From Planctomycetia bacterium (lineage in GTDB: Bacteria > Planctomycetota > MHYJ01 > WSZJ01), in the NCBI GenBank assembly GCA_020849035.1, contig JADLHC010000114.1, forward strand, positions 4,923 to 68,922: 64,000 nt of DNA, given 5' to 3'. This document shows positions 35,601-48,005 of this stretch, in pieces. Below the pieces are notes generated by a model that worked only from the letters and a program-made list of their open reading frames with translations, was not told the DNA's origin and ran no database searches. The position numbers were made by a program, and so were the translations under genes. Numbering within the stretch: the stretch's first letter is position 1; every line of letters starts with the position of its first letter.

Positions 35601-36569
35601 ATGAGCGACTGGAGACGGTGGCACCACGAGGCGGTGATCGTGGACGGGCATATGGACACGTTCTACAAGGAGCTGGAGGAAGGACGGTCGTGGTTCCGGC
35701 CGCAGAGGAAGTGGCACATCGACTTTGCGCGGCTGAGGAAGTCGGGGACGGACCTGCAGATCTGCGCGATCTACACGCCGCCGCAGTTCGAGGGGGGCGC
35801 GGCGACGGTGTGGGCGTCGCGGATGATCAACCGGGTGTTCGAGGCGGAGAAGGCGGCGCCGCGGCAGATCCGGGTGATCCGGCGGCGCGCGGAGCTCGAC
35901 CTGCCGGCGGGCGTCACGGGGCTGCTGGTCTCGATCGAGGGCGGCCTGCCGCTCGACGGGAAGCTCGACATGCTCGACTGGTTCCACAACACCGGCGTGC
36001 GCGCCATGGGGCTGACGCACAACCCGCGCAACCTCCTCGCCGACGGCGCGTCGGTCAAGCGCGCCCGCGGCCTCACCGCGTTCGGCAAGGCTGTCGTGCG
36101 CCGCATGGACGAACTCCACATGGTCCTCGACGTCGCGCACCTGCACCTCGCCGGCTTCAAGGACGCCATCCGCATCGCGCGCGGCCCCATCGTCTCGTCG
36201 CACACGGGCCTCTGCCGCTTCCATGACCGCCCCCGCAACCTGACCGACTGGCAGGTGAAGAAGATCGCGGAGACCGGCGGCGTGATCGCGATCGACTACC
36301 TCACCGAGCACCTGACGGGCGGCCCGAAGCCCGCGTCGTACCGGGACGTCGTGGACAACATCGAGGCCGTCGCCGAAATGGTCGGCGTGGACCACGCCGC
36401 GCTCGGGAGCGACTTCGACGGCTACCACAGCGTCACGACCGGGCTCGAGGACGTGACGGGCATCCCGAACATCACGCGCGAGCTCGTCCGCCGCGGCTGG
36501 GGGGAGCGGGACGTGAAGAAGGTCCTGGGCGGGAACTACCTGCGGGTGCTGAGGGCCGTGCTCGCGTAG
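35601..36569 (+). CDS. Membrane dipeptidase (peptidase M19 family)
   Basis: ORF 35595..36569. ATG 35601 lies 6 nt after GGAGG. VIVDGHMDT, IEGG, HLHLAGF, GSDFDG motifs. Confidence 0.9.
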   Translation: MSDWRRWHHEAVIVDGHMDTFYKELEEGRSWFRPQRKWHIDFARLRKSGTDLQICAIYTPPQFEGGAATVWASRMINRVFEAEKAAPRQIRVIRRRAELDLPAGVTGLLVSIEGGLPLDGKLDMLDWFHNTGVRAMGLTHNPRNLLADGASVKRARGLTAFGKAVVRRMDELHMVLDVAHLHLAGFKDAIRIARGPIVSSHTGLCRFHDRPRNLTDWQVKKIAETGGVIAIDYLTEHLTGGPKPASYRDVVDNIEAVAEMVGVDHAALGSDFDGYHSVTTGLEDVTGIPNITRELVRRGWGERDVKKVLGGNYLRVLRAVLA

Positions 36570-36570
36570 G

Positions 36571-39500
36571 TCACAGGGCGGGGGCGTCCACGGTCTTCTC
36601 GACAGCCACGGCCTCGTCCTCGAGCCGGGCGGCGTCGGCCTCGCGCCCGGCGCCTCGCGCGACGACGGCGCGGGCCCGCAGCGCGATCGCGAGGTCGAAC
36701 GCGGCGCCTCCGTCCCGGAATCGGCGCTCGGCCTCGACGAGGGCGCGGTCCGCCTCGTCCCAGGCCGCGCGCTGGGAATGGATGTTCGCGATCTCGAGGA
36801 GAGAGCGCCCGGTCCCCCACCAGTCGTCCACTTCTCTCCGGATCGCCAGCGCGGTTTCGTGTTCGCGCATCGCCTCGTCCGGGCGGCCGAGCTTGAGGAG
36901 CGAGGCGCCGAGGTTCGCGTGGCTCGACGCGATGCCGCGCCGGTCGCCGATGCGCCGGCGGATCTCCATCGCGATGCGTGCCGAGGCCATGGCCTCCTCC
37001 GGCCGACCGAGCCCGTTCAGCGCCATCGCGATGTTGTTCCGGGCGTTCGCCTCGCCGTGCGGCGCGCCGATCCGCACGTAAAGGGCCGCGGCGTCCTGAA
37101 GCGACGCAAGCGCGCCGGCCCAATCGTCCTGCTTGGCGAGGATGAGCCCGATGTTGTTCAGGCACGCCGCCTGCCCCGCCACGTCTCCCACTTCCCGGAA
37201 CGTGGCCCACGCCTCCTTGTAGAGGTCAAGCGACTCGAGGGACCGGCCGACGCGGTCCAGCGCGTTGGCCATGGAAACCGCCGCGTTGGCGGCGGACAGC
37301 CGGCTGCCTGGAAGGCTCCCGAAGATGTCCCGGGCCTGCCGGTAGGACTCGAGCGCCTCGCGAAAGCGGCCTCGGTGGTGGAAGAGGATGCCGCGGCTGC
37401 GGGCGACGTTGGCGAGGATCTCGCGCGACTCGCTGTCGTCGCGCCCGGCGACCAGGGCCTCGGCGGCCGCGTACCGGGCCAGCGCCTCGTCCGGCCGCGT
37501 CAGGGCGTCCAGCGCGACGCCGCGCAGGTTCTCGGCGCGCGCCCGGCTCACGTCGTCCGTCGCGGCCGCCAGCGCTTCCTCCGCCGCCGCGAGGGATTCC
37601 TCGAAGCGGCCGAGGCGATCCAGCACCTGGGCGCGGAGGGTGGCGAGGGCGACCGCGGACTCCGGCGGCCGGTCGGGCCGGCGGGCGGCCTCCGCGAGAA
37701 GCGCGTGGGCGTCCGCGGCGCGCCCGGTCCGGTTGGCCGCCCGGGCGGCCGCCATCCAGGCGTCGTAACCGGGCGCGCACCGCACGCTCTCCTGCGCGAG
37801 ACCCAGCGCTTCTCCCGGGAACCCCCCCGCCAGCGCCTCCCGCGCCGCGCGCAGCCAGAGCGCCCCGGCCTCCGCCGGCTGCCCCGCCGCCTCGCGGTGC
37901 CGCGCCGCCAATGCGAGCGCCGTCCGCCCCACGGCCGCCGCGCGCTCCTCCAGCCGCGCCGCGGCCGCCGCGTGCAGGCGCCCGCGGTCCTTCTTCGGCA
38001 GCAGCGAGTAGGCCGCGTCGCGGAGAAGCGCGTGCCGGAACGCAAACTCCCGGTCCGCCGGCAGCCGCGTCGCCGCCTCCTCGCGCACCAGGTCCCGCTT
38101 TTCCGCCTCCCGCAACGCCGCCTCGACCTCCGCCTCCACGATCCGCGACAGCAGCCCTTCCCAGAACACCCGGCCGATCACGCTGGCGCCCTTGAGGGCC
38201 TCGCGATGAGTGGCGGGAAGCGCGTCGAGGCGCGCGACGAGCAGGCCCTCGAGTCCGCCGGGGAGGCGCGGAAACGGGGCGCGGAGCGTCACGGGGTTGC
38301 CGGCGACGAGGTCCTCCTCCAGGAGATGGCGGGAGAGCTCCTGGAGGAAGTACGGGTTGCCGCCGGACGCCTCGAGGAGCGCGTCGGCGAGGGCGGGATC
38401 GGGGGGGCCGCCGAGGACGGAAGAGGCGAGGGCGAAGGCGTCGGCGCGTCCCATGCCGTCGAGGCGGAGGACATCGAAGCCCGCCGGGGCGGGGCGCCCG
38501 GGGCGGGCGGTCGCGACCACGAGCACGGGGCGGCCGGCGAGGGTGCCGGGAAGGGTGGCGAGGAAGGAGAACGTGGCTTCGTCGGCGGCGTGGAGATCTT
38601 CGAGCACGAGCAGCGCGGGGGCGCGAGCCGTGAGCCAGGCGGTCCAGGAGCGCGCGACTTCCGCATCAAGCCGGGCAGGCGGGATGCCGGAGAGACGGTC
38701 GCCCGGCGGCGGTACGCCCGCGGAAAGGAGGAGCAGGTGCGCCATCAGCTCTCGGGCGGCAGGGTCCGGTTCCACGGCCGCAAGCCCCTCGGCCAGCCGC
38801 GGCGCGTCCAGTCCCCCCGCGAGCAGGGAGTCGCCGAGGAGGGCCAGCGGCGCGCGCGCCCCTTCGATCGCGCGCCCCGTCGCCATGAAGGCCACGGGCG
38901 AGGCGACGGCGCGGCGCAGCTCCGCCGCAAGCCGGGACTTCCCCACCCCGGCCTCGCCTTCGACGACGACGAACCCCCCGCGCCCCGTGTCCCAGAGCGC
39001 CCGCAGCCTGCCGAGCTCGCCGGCGCGCCCCGCGAACGGCGTGTCCGTGGCCGCCGGCGCCGCCTCCCGCCCTTCCGTTGCCACGAATGCGACCACCGGT
39101 TCCGGGCGGCCTTTCACCGCGACCTCGTCGCGGTCCTCGAACCGGAAGCTCCGTCGGGCGGCGCGGGCCGTGGTGTGGGAGGCGTGGACGGTGCCGGGGC
39201 GCGCGGTGGCTTCGAGGCGCTGGGCGACCACGACGGTGTCGCCGGTCGCGGTGGCGCGCGCGCCGCCGATGCTCCCCCACAGCACCTGCCCGGTGTGGAC
39301 ACCGACGCGCATCCGCAGCTCCAGCCCGCGCTCCGCGTTGAACGCCGCGATCTCCTTCTGCATCGCAAGCCCCGCGCCGACCGCGCGCGCCGCGTCGTCC
39401 TCGTGCGCCGCGGGCGCGCCGAAGACCGCCATGACCGCGTCCCCGATGAACTTGTCGATCGTGCCGCCGCGCGACTCGATGAGGGGCCGGAAGCGCCGGA

Positions 39501-39624
39501 AGAGGCCGTCCACGATGTCGCTGACCTCCTCCGGGTCGAGCTGCTCGGACATCGCGGTGAAGCCCGAGAGGTCGGAGAAGAGGACGGTGACGGTGCGGAG
39601 TTCGCGGAGGTCGCTGAGCGCCAT
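36571..39624 (-). CDS. Class III adenylate/guanylate cyclase fused to AAA (STAND-like) ATPase and TPR repeats
   Basis: ORF 36571..39624. Cyclase domain VTVLFSDLSGFT...KFIGDAVMAVFG...RVGVHTG. P-loop GEAGVGKSRL. Long C-terminal TPR array. Confidence 0.9.
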   Translation of the reverse strand: MALSDLRELRTVTVLFSDLSGFTAMSEQLDPEEVSDIVDGLFRRFRPLIESRGGTIDKFIGDAVMAVFGAPAAHEDDAARAVGAGLAMQKEIAAFNAERGLELRMRVGVHTGQVLWGSIGGARATATGDTVVVAQRLEATARPGTVHASHTTARAARRSFRFEDRDEVAVKGRPEPVVAFVATEGREAAPAATDTPFAGRAGELGRLRALWDTGRGGFVVVEGEAGVGKSRLAAELRRAVASPVAFMATGRAIEGARAPLALLGDSLLAGGLDAPRLAEGLAAVEPDPAARELMAHLLLLSAGVPPPGDRLSGIPPARLDAEVARSWTAWLTARAPALLVLEDLHAADEATFSFLATLPGTLAGRPVLVVATARPGRPAPAGFDVLRLDGMGRADAFALASSVLGGPPDPALADALLEASGGNPYFLQELSRHLLEEDLVAGNPVTLRAPFPRLPGGLEGLLVARLDALPATHREALKGASVIGRVFWEGLLSRIVEAEVEAALREAEKRDLVREEAATRLPADREFAFRHALLRDAAYSLLPKKDRGRLHAAAAARLEERAAAVGRTALALAARHREAAGQPAEAGALWLRAAREALAGGFPGEALGLAQESVRCAPGYDAWMAAARAANRTGRAADAHALLAEAARRPDRPPESAVALATLRAQVLDRLGRFEESLAAAEEALAAATDDVSRARAENLRGVALDALTRPDEALARYAAAEALVAGRDDSESREILANVARSRGILFHHRGRFREALESYRQARDIFGSLPGSRLSAANAAVSMANALDRVGRSLESLDLYKEAWATFREVGDVAGQAACLNNIGLILAKQDDWAGALASLQDAAALYVRIGAPHGEANARNNIAMALNGLGRPEEAMASARIAMEIRRRIGDRRGIASSHANLGASLLKLGRPDEAMREHETALAIRREVDDWWGTGRSLLEIANIHSQRAAWDEADRALVEAERRFRDGGAAFDLAIALRARAVVARGAGREADAARLEDEAVAVEKTVDAPAL

Positions 39625-39717
39625 GCGGGGATGATAGGCGCTCTTCCGGGAACTCCGGCGTGTTACTCTCCCGCCTCGCCCGGGGGGGCCTTTCAGCGCT
39701 TATAATCCCACCCCCCT

Positions 39718-42700
39718 ATGCCCCTCCTGCTCGCAGCCGTCTTCATGGCCAGCGGCGCCGCCGCGCTCGTTTACGAAGTCGCGTGGGTGCGGATGCTGGC
39801 GGCCACGCTCGGGGCGTCGTCGTACACGATCGGCACGGCGCTGGCCGCCTACATGGCGGGGCTGGCGATCGGGGCGCGCTGGATCGGCGCGCGGGCGGAC
39901 CGGGACGCGCGGCCGCTGAGGACGTACGCGAAGCTGGAGCTGGGGATTGCGGCGGCGGCGGCGCTGGTTCCGCTGGCGTTCCTGGCGATGCCGGCGCTGA
40001 ACCGCGCGGCGTACGGGGCGCTGGAAGGGCACCTCTGGGCGCTGACGGCGGTGCGCTGCGCGCTGGCGTTCGCGGTGCTGCTCGTGCCGACGGCCCTGAT
40101 GGGCGCGACCTTCCCCGCGATGGCGTCGGCGGCCGCCGCGGAGGGACACCGCGGCTGGCGCGTCGGCCTCGTCTACGGCGCCAACACCCTCGGCGCCGTC
40201 GGCGGCGTCCTCGCGGCCGGGTTCTGGCTCATCGGCACCTACGGCCTCCGCATGACGACCTGGATCGCGGTCGGCGTCAACGTCGCCGCAGCTCTCGCCG
40301 CCTTGGCCCTCGCCGCCCGCCAGAAGCCCCTCGTCCTCGTCCCCGAGGCCGGTGTTCCCGGCGTCTCCGAGGACGAAGCCCCCGCCCCCGAACGCCGCCT
40401 CGCCCTCGCCGCCGCCGCCACCTGCGGCTTCGTCTCCCTCGGCTTCGAAGTCCTCTGGACCCGCATGTTCGCCGTCCTCTTCGCCAGCATCACCTACTCC
40501 TTCGCCATGATGCTCGCCGTCTTCCTCCTCGGCCTCGCCCTCGGCGCGCCCCTCGCCGGGCGGATTTCGGATGCGGTGAAGCGCGCGCGGCTGGAGTTCG
40601 CGGGGGCGCTCCAGCTGCTGGTCGCGGTGGCGGCGCTCGCGGCCTACATGGTCTTCCCGTACCTGAAGACCCAGACCGGCACGACCTCGCTCGCGTTCGG
40701 CGGCCCGTCGTGGATGGTCTACCTCAGGAGCCTCGCGTTCGACGCCGCCTCCGTCATGCTCCTCCCCGCCTTCCTCATGGGCTGCATCCTCCCCGTCGCC
40801 GCGCGGATCCTCGCCCAGGGCCCCGCGCAGGGCATGGCCTCCCGCCTCGGCCGCGTCTACGCCGTCAACACGCTCGGCGCCATGGCCGGCTCCCTCGTCA
40901 CCGGCTTCGTCCTCATCCCCGGCCTCCGCAACTTCGCCCACGTCTCCATCCTCCTGGCCCTCGTCTCCGCCCTCGCCGGCGCCGCCCTCCTCTTCCGCGG
41001 CGGAAACTGGGCCCCCCTCAACCGCTGGCTCGTCACGGGCGTCGCCGCCATCGCCATGGCCCTCACCGTCTGGGCCGGCCCGTTCCGCGAAAACGTCCTC
41101 CTCGCCAAGGCGGGGCTGGCGAAGCCGGGGATCACGCGGCTGTGGTACGAGGAAGGGCCGTCCCTGACCGTCGCCGTGACCGAGGAGGAAGGAACGCGCG
41201 ACCGGACGATGTGGACGGACGCGTTCAAGGTGGCGGGAACGGGCGACACGTACGAGTACATGCGGATGATCGCGCACCTCCCGATGCTCCTGAACCCGGA
41301 CGCGAAGTCCGCGTGCGTGGTCGGCCTCGGCACCGGGACGACGGCCGGCGCCCTCGCGCTCTGGCCCCTCGAGTCGCTGGACATCGTCGAGCTCTGCCCC
41401 GAGGTCTCGCGCGCCACGCCGTACTTCAAGCGCGCCAACCGCGGCCTCATGGACCGCGTCGGCCGCGACCCGCGCCTGAGGCTCGTCTTCGACGACGGCA
41501 AGGCCTACCTCCGCTCGACGCGCCGCTCCTACGACGTCGTCGTCGCCGAGCCGCTCAACCCGCACATGTCCGGCGCCTCCGCCCTGTACTCGAGGGAGTT
41601 CTACGAGGCCGCGCGCGGCCGCCTCAAGCCCGGCGGCGTCGTCACCCAGTGGATCCCGATCCACGGCGTCAAGCCCGAGGACTTCCGCTCCCTCTTCCGC
41701 ACCTTCACCACCGTCTTCCCCGAAACCGTCGTCTGGTACTTCAAGGAGGCCGTGCTCCTCACAGGGCACGAAGGGAAGTTCGTGCTGAAGTACGCGCAGT
41801 TCAAGGCGGCGCTCGACCGGCCCCAGACCCAGGCGGAGCTCATCCCGCTGGGCCTCGAGGAGGTCTACACCCTCCTCGGCTGCTTCGTCGCCGGCCCGCG
41901 CGCCTCGTCCAACTACGCCCGCTACGCCCCCGTCATCACCGACGACCTCCCCACCATCGAGTACTTCAAACCCGGCCAGCCCGTCGCCTTCGCCGAGCGC
42001 GAGAACCTCGACGGCCTCGCCCAGCACCGCGAGCAGATCCTCCCCTACGTCACCTTCGAAGGCACCACGAAGTGGCAATCCAACTACTTCACCATCGTCG
42101 CCACCAACCACTTCGTCGCCCGCGGCCTCTTCGTCGAGGCCCGCAAGCTCGAGATGGACGCCGAGCGCGCCCGCGCCGCCGGCGACATGCGGGCGGCCCA
42201 GTCGCTGTATGCGCAGGCGCTCGACAAGCTCAAGGCGGCCGCGAACGCCGCGCCGGAGGACCGCTACGTGAAGCGGCACATGCTGCGCTACGAGAAGTCG
42301 CTGAAGCCGGACGACAAGCTGACGCCGGAGAAGGCGGCGGAGATCTTGAAGTGGTCGAAGGGGACGGTCGAGGAGAAGGTGCGGGCGTGCGCGCTGATGG
42401 AGCACTACGCGGACTGGCAGGGGACGTCGGTGGTGATCCCGCTCCTGACGGACCCCGACCCGCAGGTGCGCTACGCGGCGGTCAAGGCGCTCGGGCCGAT
42501 GGGCTACAACGAGGCGACGACGCGCCGGGACAAGCCGGAGAGCGACATCGCGGAACTGCTCCGGCAGCAGCTCGAGCGCAGCCGCGAGACGAAGGAGGTC
42601 CTGCTCCAGGCCATCGAATCGCTCAAGTTGATCGGCCCCAAGGGCGCCTCCGGCCTGCTGACGGTGTTCCCGCTCAAGAAGCAGGCCGGCTGCGACGACG

Positions 42701-43335
42701 CGGAGGTGCGCGCCGCCGCCGTCGTCGCCCTCCGCGACATCGGCTCCGTCGAGGCGCTCGGCTACCTGTTCCTCGTCCTGGACGACACCGACAAGGGCGT
42801 CCGCGGCGAGGCGGTCGTCTCGCTCGCGAATTCCGGCTACCCATGGGTCGTCCCGGCGCTGCTCGAGGCCCTCAAGGACCCCTTCCCCCCCATCGCGAAG
42901 GCCGCCGCCGAGGGAATGCGCCAGATCACGAAGCTCGGGAAGGAGTGGTCCGAGTCGGCCACGGCCGAGGTCCGCGGCCGCTGCGCGCTCGAGTGGGAGC
43001 AGTGGTACGACGCCTGGCGCCGCCAGCGCGACTGGGCCACACGCTGCGGCGCCATGTCCGTCTCCGAGCTCGAGGCCACCATCGACGCCCTCATCCTCCA
43101 GCGCTCCGAGGTCGAGCAGACCGCGTGGGAGAAGCTCAGCGCCCACTTCGCGACCTTCCGCGACACCCAGGCGACCCCCGAGCCGACCGTCGAGGCCCTG
43201 AGCCGCCCCGCCGACGGCTTTCTCAAGGCCGTCGTCGACAACCCGAAGCTCTGGATGGCCGCCGTCGTCCTGGAGCAGAAGTCCGGCCTCATGCGCGGCA
43301 TCATCCCCCCCGACCGCATGCAGTCCCTGAAATGA
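39718..43335 (+). CDS. Fused polytopic membrane (MFS-like) / spermidine synthase-like / HEAT-repeat protein (1205 aa)
   Basis: ORF 39718..43335. N-terminal ~480 aa with many TM helices (SGAAALVYEVAWVRML). PABS-type methyltransferase fold (VVGLGTGTTAG...DVVVAEP). C-terminal HEAT/PBS-lyase-like repeats (DPDPQVRYAAVKALG, DAEVRAAAVVALRDIG, DKGVRGEAVVSLA). Confidence 0.88.
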   Translation: MPLLLAAVFMASGAAALVYEVAWVRMLAATLGASSYTIGTALAAYMAGLAIGARWIGARADRDARPLRTYAKLELGIAAAAALVPLAFLAMPALNRAAYGALEGHLWALTAVRCALAFAVLLVPTALMGATFPAMASAAAAEGHRGWRVGLVYGANTLGAVGGVLAAGFWLIGTYGLRMTTWIAVGVNVAAALAALALAARQKPLVLVPEAGVPGVSEDEAPAPERRLALAAAATCGFVSLGFEVLWTRMFAVLFASITYSFAMMLAVFLLGLALGAPLAGRISDAVKRARLEFAGALQLLVAVAALAAYMVFPYLKTQTGTTSLAFGGPSWMVYLRSLAFDAASVMLLPAFLMGCILPVAARILAQGPAQGMASRLGRVYAVNTLGAMAGSLVTGFVLIPGLRNFAHVSILLALVSALAGAALLFRGGNWAPLNRWLVTGVAAIAMALTVWAGPFRENVLLAKAGLAKPGITRLWYEEGPSLTVAVTEEEGTRDRTMWTDAFKVAGTGDTYEYMRMIAHLPMLLNPDAKSACVVGLGTGTTAGALALWPLESLDIVELCPEVSRATPYFKRANRGLMDRVGRDPRLRLVFDDGKAYLRSTRRSYDVVVAEPLNPHMSGASALYSREFYEAARGRLKPGGVVTQWIPIHGVKPEDFRSLFRTFTTVFPETVVWYFKEAVLLTGHEGKFVLKYAQFKAALDRPQTQAELIPLGLEEVYTLLGCFVAGPRASSNYARYAPVITDDLPTIEYFKPGQPVAFAERENLDGLAQHREQILPYVTFEGTTKWQSNYFTIVATNHFVARGLFVEARKLEMDAERARAAGDMRAAQSLYAQALDKLKAAANAAPEDRYVKRHMLRYEKSLKPDDKLTPEKAAEILKWSKGTVEEKVRACALMEHYADWQGTSVVIPLLTDPDPQVRYAAVKALGPMGYNEATTRRDKPESDIAELLRQQLERSRETKEVLLQAIESLKLIGPKGASGLLTVFPLKKQAGCDDAEVRAAAVVALRDIGSVEALGYLFLVLDDTDKGVRGEAVVSLANSGYPWVVPALLEALKDPFPPIAKAAAEGMRQITKLGKEWSESATAEVRGRCALEWEQWYDAWRRQRDWATRCGAMSVSELEATIDALILQRSEVEQTAWEKLSAHFATFRDTQATPEPTVEALSRPADGFLKAVVDNPKLWMAAVVLEQKSGLMRGIIPPDRMQSLK

Positions 43336-44171
43336 CCCGCGGAACGCTCTTCGTCGTCGCCACCCCGATCGGCAACCTGGAGGACGTGACCCTGCGGGCG
43401 CTCGAGGTGCTGCGCGGCGCCGCGGTGATCGCGGCGGAGGACACGCGGACGGCGAAGAAGCTGCTGGACCGCCACGGGATCGCGACGCCGCTCGTGTCGT
43501 TCCACGAGCACTCGGGCCCGGCGCGGATCGCGGAGCTGGTGAAGCGGCTGGAGTCGGGCGGGAGCGTGGCGGTCGTCTCGGAGGCGGGGACGCCGGGGCT
43601 GTCGGATCCCGGGGAAGGGCTGATCGCGTCTGCAGTCGCCGCGGGGATCGCCGTCGTGCCCGTGCCGGGTCCCGCGGCGTTCGTGGCGGCGCTGTCGGCG
43701 TCGGGGCTGCCGATGAAGCGCGTGGCGTTCGAGGGCTTCCTGCCCGCGAAGCCCGGGGAGCGCCGAAAGCAGCTCGCGGCGCTCGCCCGCGAGCCGCGCA
43801 CGCTCGCCTTCTACGAGGCCCCGCACCGCATCGCCGAGTCGCTGGCCGACATGCGCGACGCCTTCGGCCCGGACCGCCGCGCGTGCGTCGCCCGCGAGCT
43901 GACCAAGGTCCACGAGGAGTTCGACCGCGCGCCGCTGGGCGAGCTCGCGGCGCGCTGGGCGGCGAAGGAGCCCCGCGGAGAGTTCACCGTCCTCGTCGAG
44001 GGCGCGCCCGCCCCCGCCGAGCCGCAGCCCGAGGACGCCGAGGCCGCCCTGCGCGCCGCGCTGGCCGCCGGCAAGAGCGTGTCGGCCGCGGCGAAGGAAG
44101 TCGCGGCGGCACTCGGCCAGCCGCGCAGCGTCGTGTACGCGCTTGCGCTGCGGCTCGCCGGACGATCCTGA
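43332..44171 (+). CDS. rsmI: 16S rRNA (cytidine1402-2'-O)-methyltransferase
   Basis: 3' 840 nt of ORF 39660..44171. ATG 43332 overlaps the previous stop (ATGA). GTLFVVATPIGNLEDVTLRA, AEDTR, SEAGTPGLSDPG. Confidence 0.93.
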   Translation: MTRGTLFVVATPIGNLEDVTLRALEVLRGAAVIAAEDTRTAKKLLDRHGIATPLVSFHEHSGPARIAELVKRLESGGSVAVVSEAGTPGLSDPGEGLIASAVAAGIAVVPVPGPAAFVAALSASGLPMKRVAFEGFLPAKPGERRKQLAALAREPRTLAFYEAPHRIAESLADMRDAFGPDRRACVARELTKVHEEFDRAPLGELAARWAAKEPRGEFTVLVEGAPAPAEPQPEDAEAALRAALAAGKSVSAAAKEVAAALGQPRSVVYALALRLAGRS

Positions 44172-44188
44172 ACGGGACGGCGCGCAAG

Positions 44189-44311
44189 CCGGACGACAAG
44201 GGGGCCGCAGAGGCGCAGAGATCGCAGAGAACGGCGTCGATCCACAGTCGAGTCCGCGCCGGCTCCGCCGTTCTCCGTGCTCTCTGCGCCCTCTGCGGTC
44301 CCGTCGTTCGG
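44189..44311. terminator. Long inverted repeat built on GCAGAG / CTCTGC units between convergent rsmI and bioD
   Basis: Left CCGGACGACAAGGGGGCCGCAGAGGCGCAGAGATCGCAGAGAACGGCG. Right CGCCGTTCTCCGTGCTCTCTGCGCCCTCTGCGGTCCCGTCGTTCGG. ~29-nt loop. Confidence 0.6.
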
Positions 44312-44326
44312 AGGCCGGGAGCCCCG

Positions 44327-47564
<3,238 letters not shown>

Positions 47565-47839
47565 GCGTCTCCTGGGAGTGAAGGGCGGCGGATTATGGGG
47601 AGGCTTTGGGGGGCGTGTCAACCCGCCGGGCGGACATATATAGAGGAGGGATGTGCAAAGTGCGCAAGAGGCGTTTTTCGATCATCCCGCGCAGGCTTGT
47701 CATAACAGACACAGGCACAAGGAGTTATGAATTGCAGAAAAGTCGGCCTGGGCCTGTTCGCCACCGGGGCCAGCGGCGTGATAGCATCCGTCCGTCATGC
47801 CCGCTTCCCTTCGAATACGCCACTCCTAGGCCCCTTCCC

Positions 47840-47913
47840 GGGCCCGTAGCTCAAATGGTGAGAGCGGCGGACTCATAATCTGCTGGTTCCTGGTTCGATT
47901 CCAGGCGGGCCCA
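47840..47913 (+). tRNA. tRNA-Met (anticodon CAU), elongator-type; tRNA-Ile2 (lysidine) not excluded
   Basis: Hand-folded cloverleaf. Acceptor GGGCCCG/CGGGCCC, D-arm GCTC-AAATGGTGA-GAGC, anticodon arm GCGGA-CTCATAA-TCTGC, variable TGGTT, T-arm CCTGG-TTCGATT-CCAGG, discriminator A. No encoded CCA. Confidence 0.9.
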
Positions 47914-48005
47914 TCGAAATCGCTCAGACCGGACGGAAAACGGATCGTTAGAGAAGAAGCGCGCCGGTCCACGGCGCTCCACGCTTCTCCTTCAGGAGTC
48001 CCCTC

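Noticed and set aside
39660-44171. 1503-aa ORF spanning the whole fusion-protein gene in another frame.
   Set aside because: Only its last 840 nt (from ATG 43332) encode a recognisable protein (RsmI). The upstream 1224 codons are Arg/Pro-rich shadow of the 39718..43335 gene.
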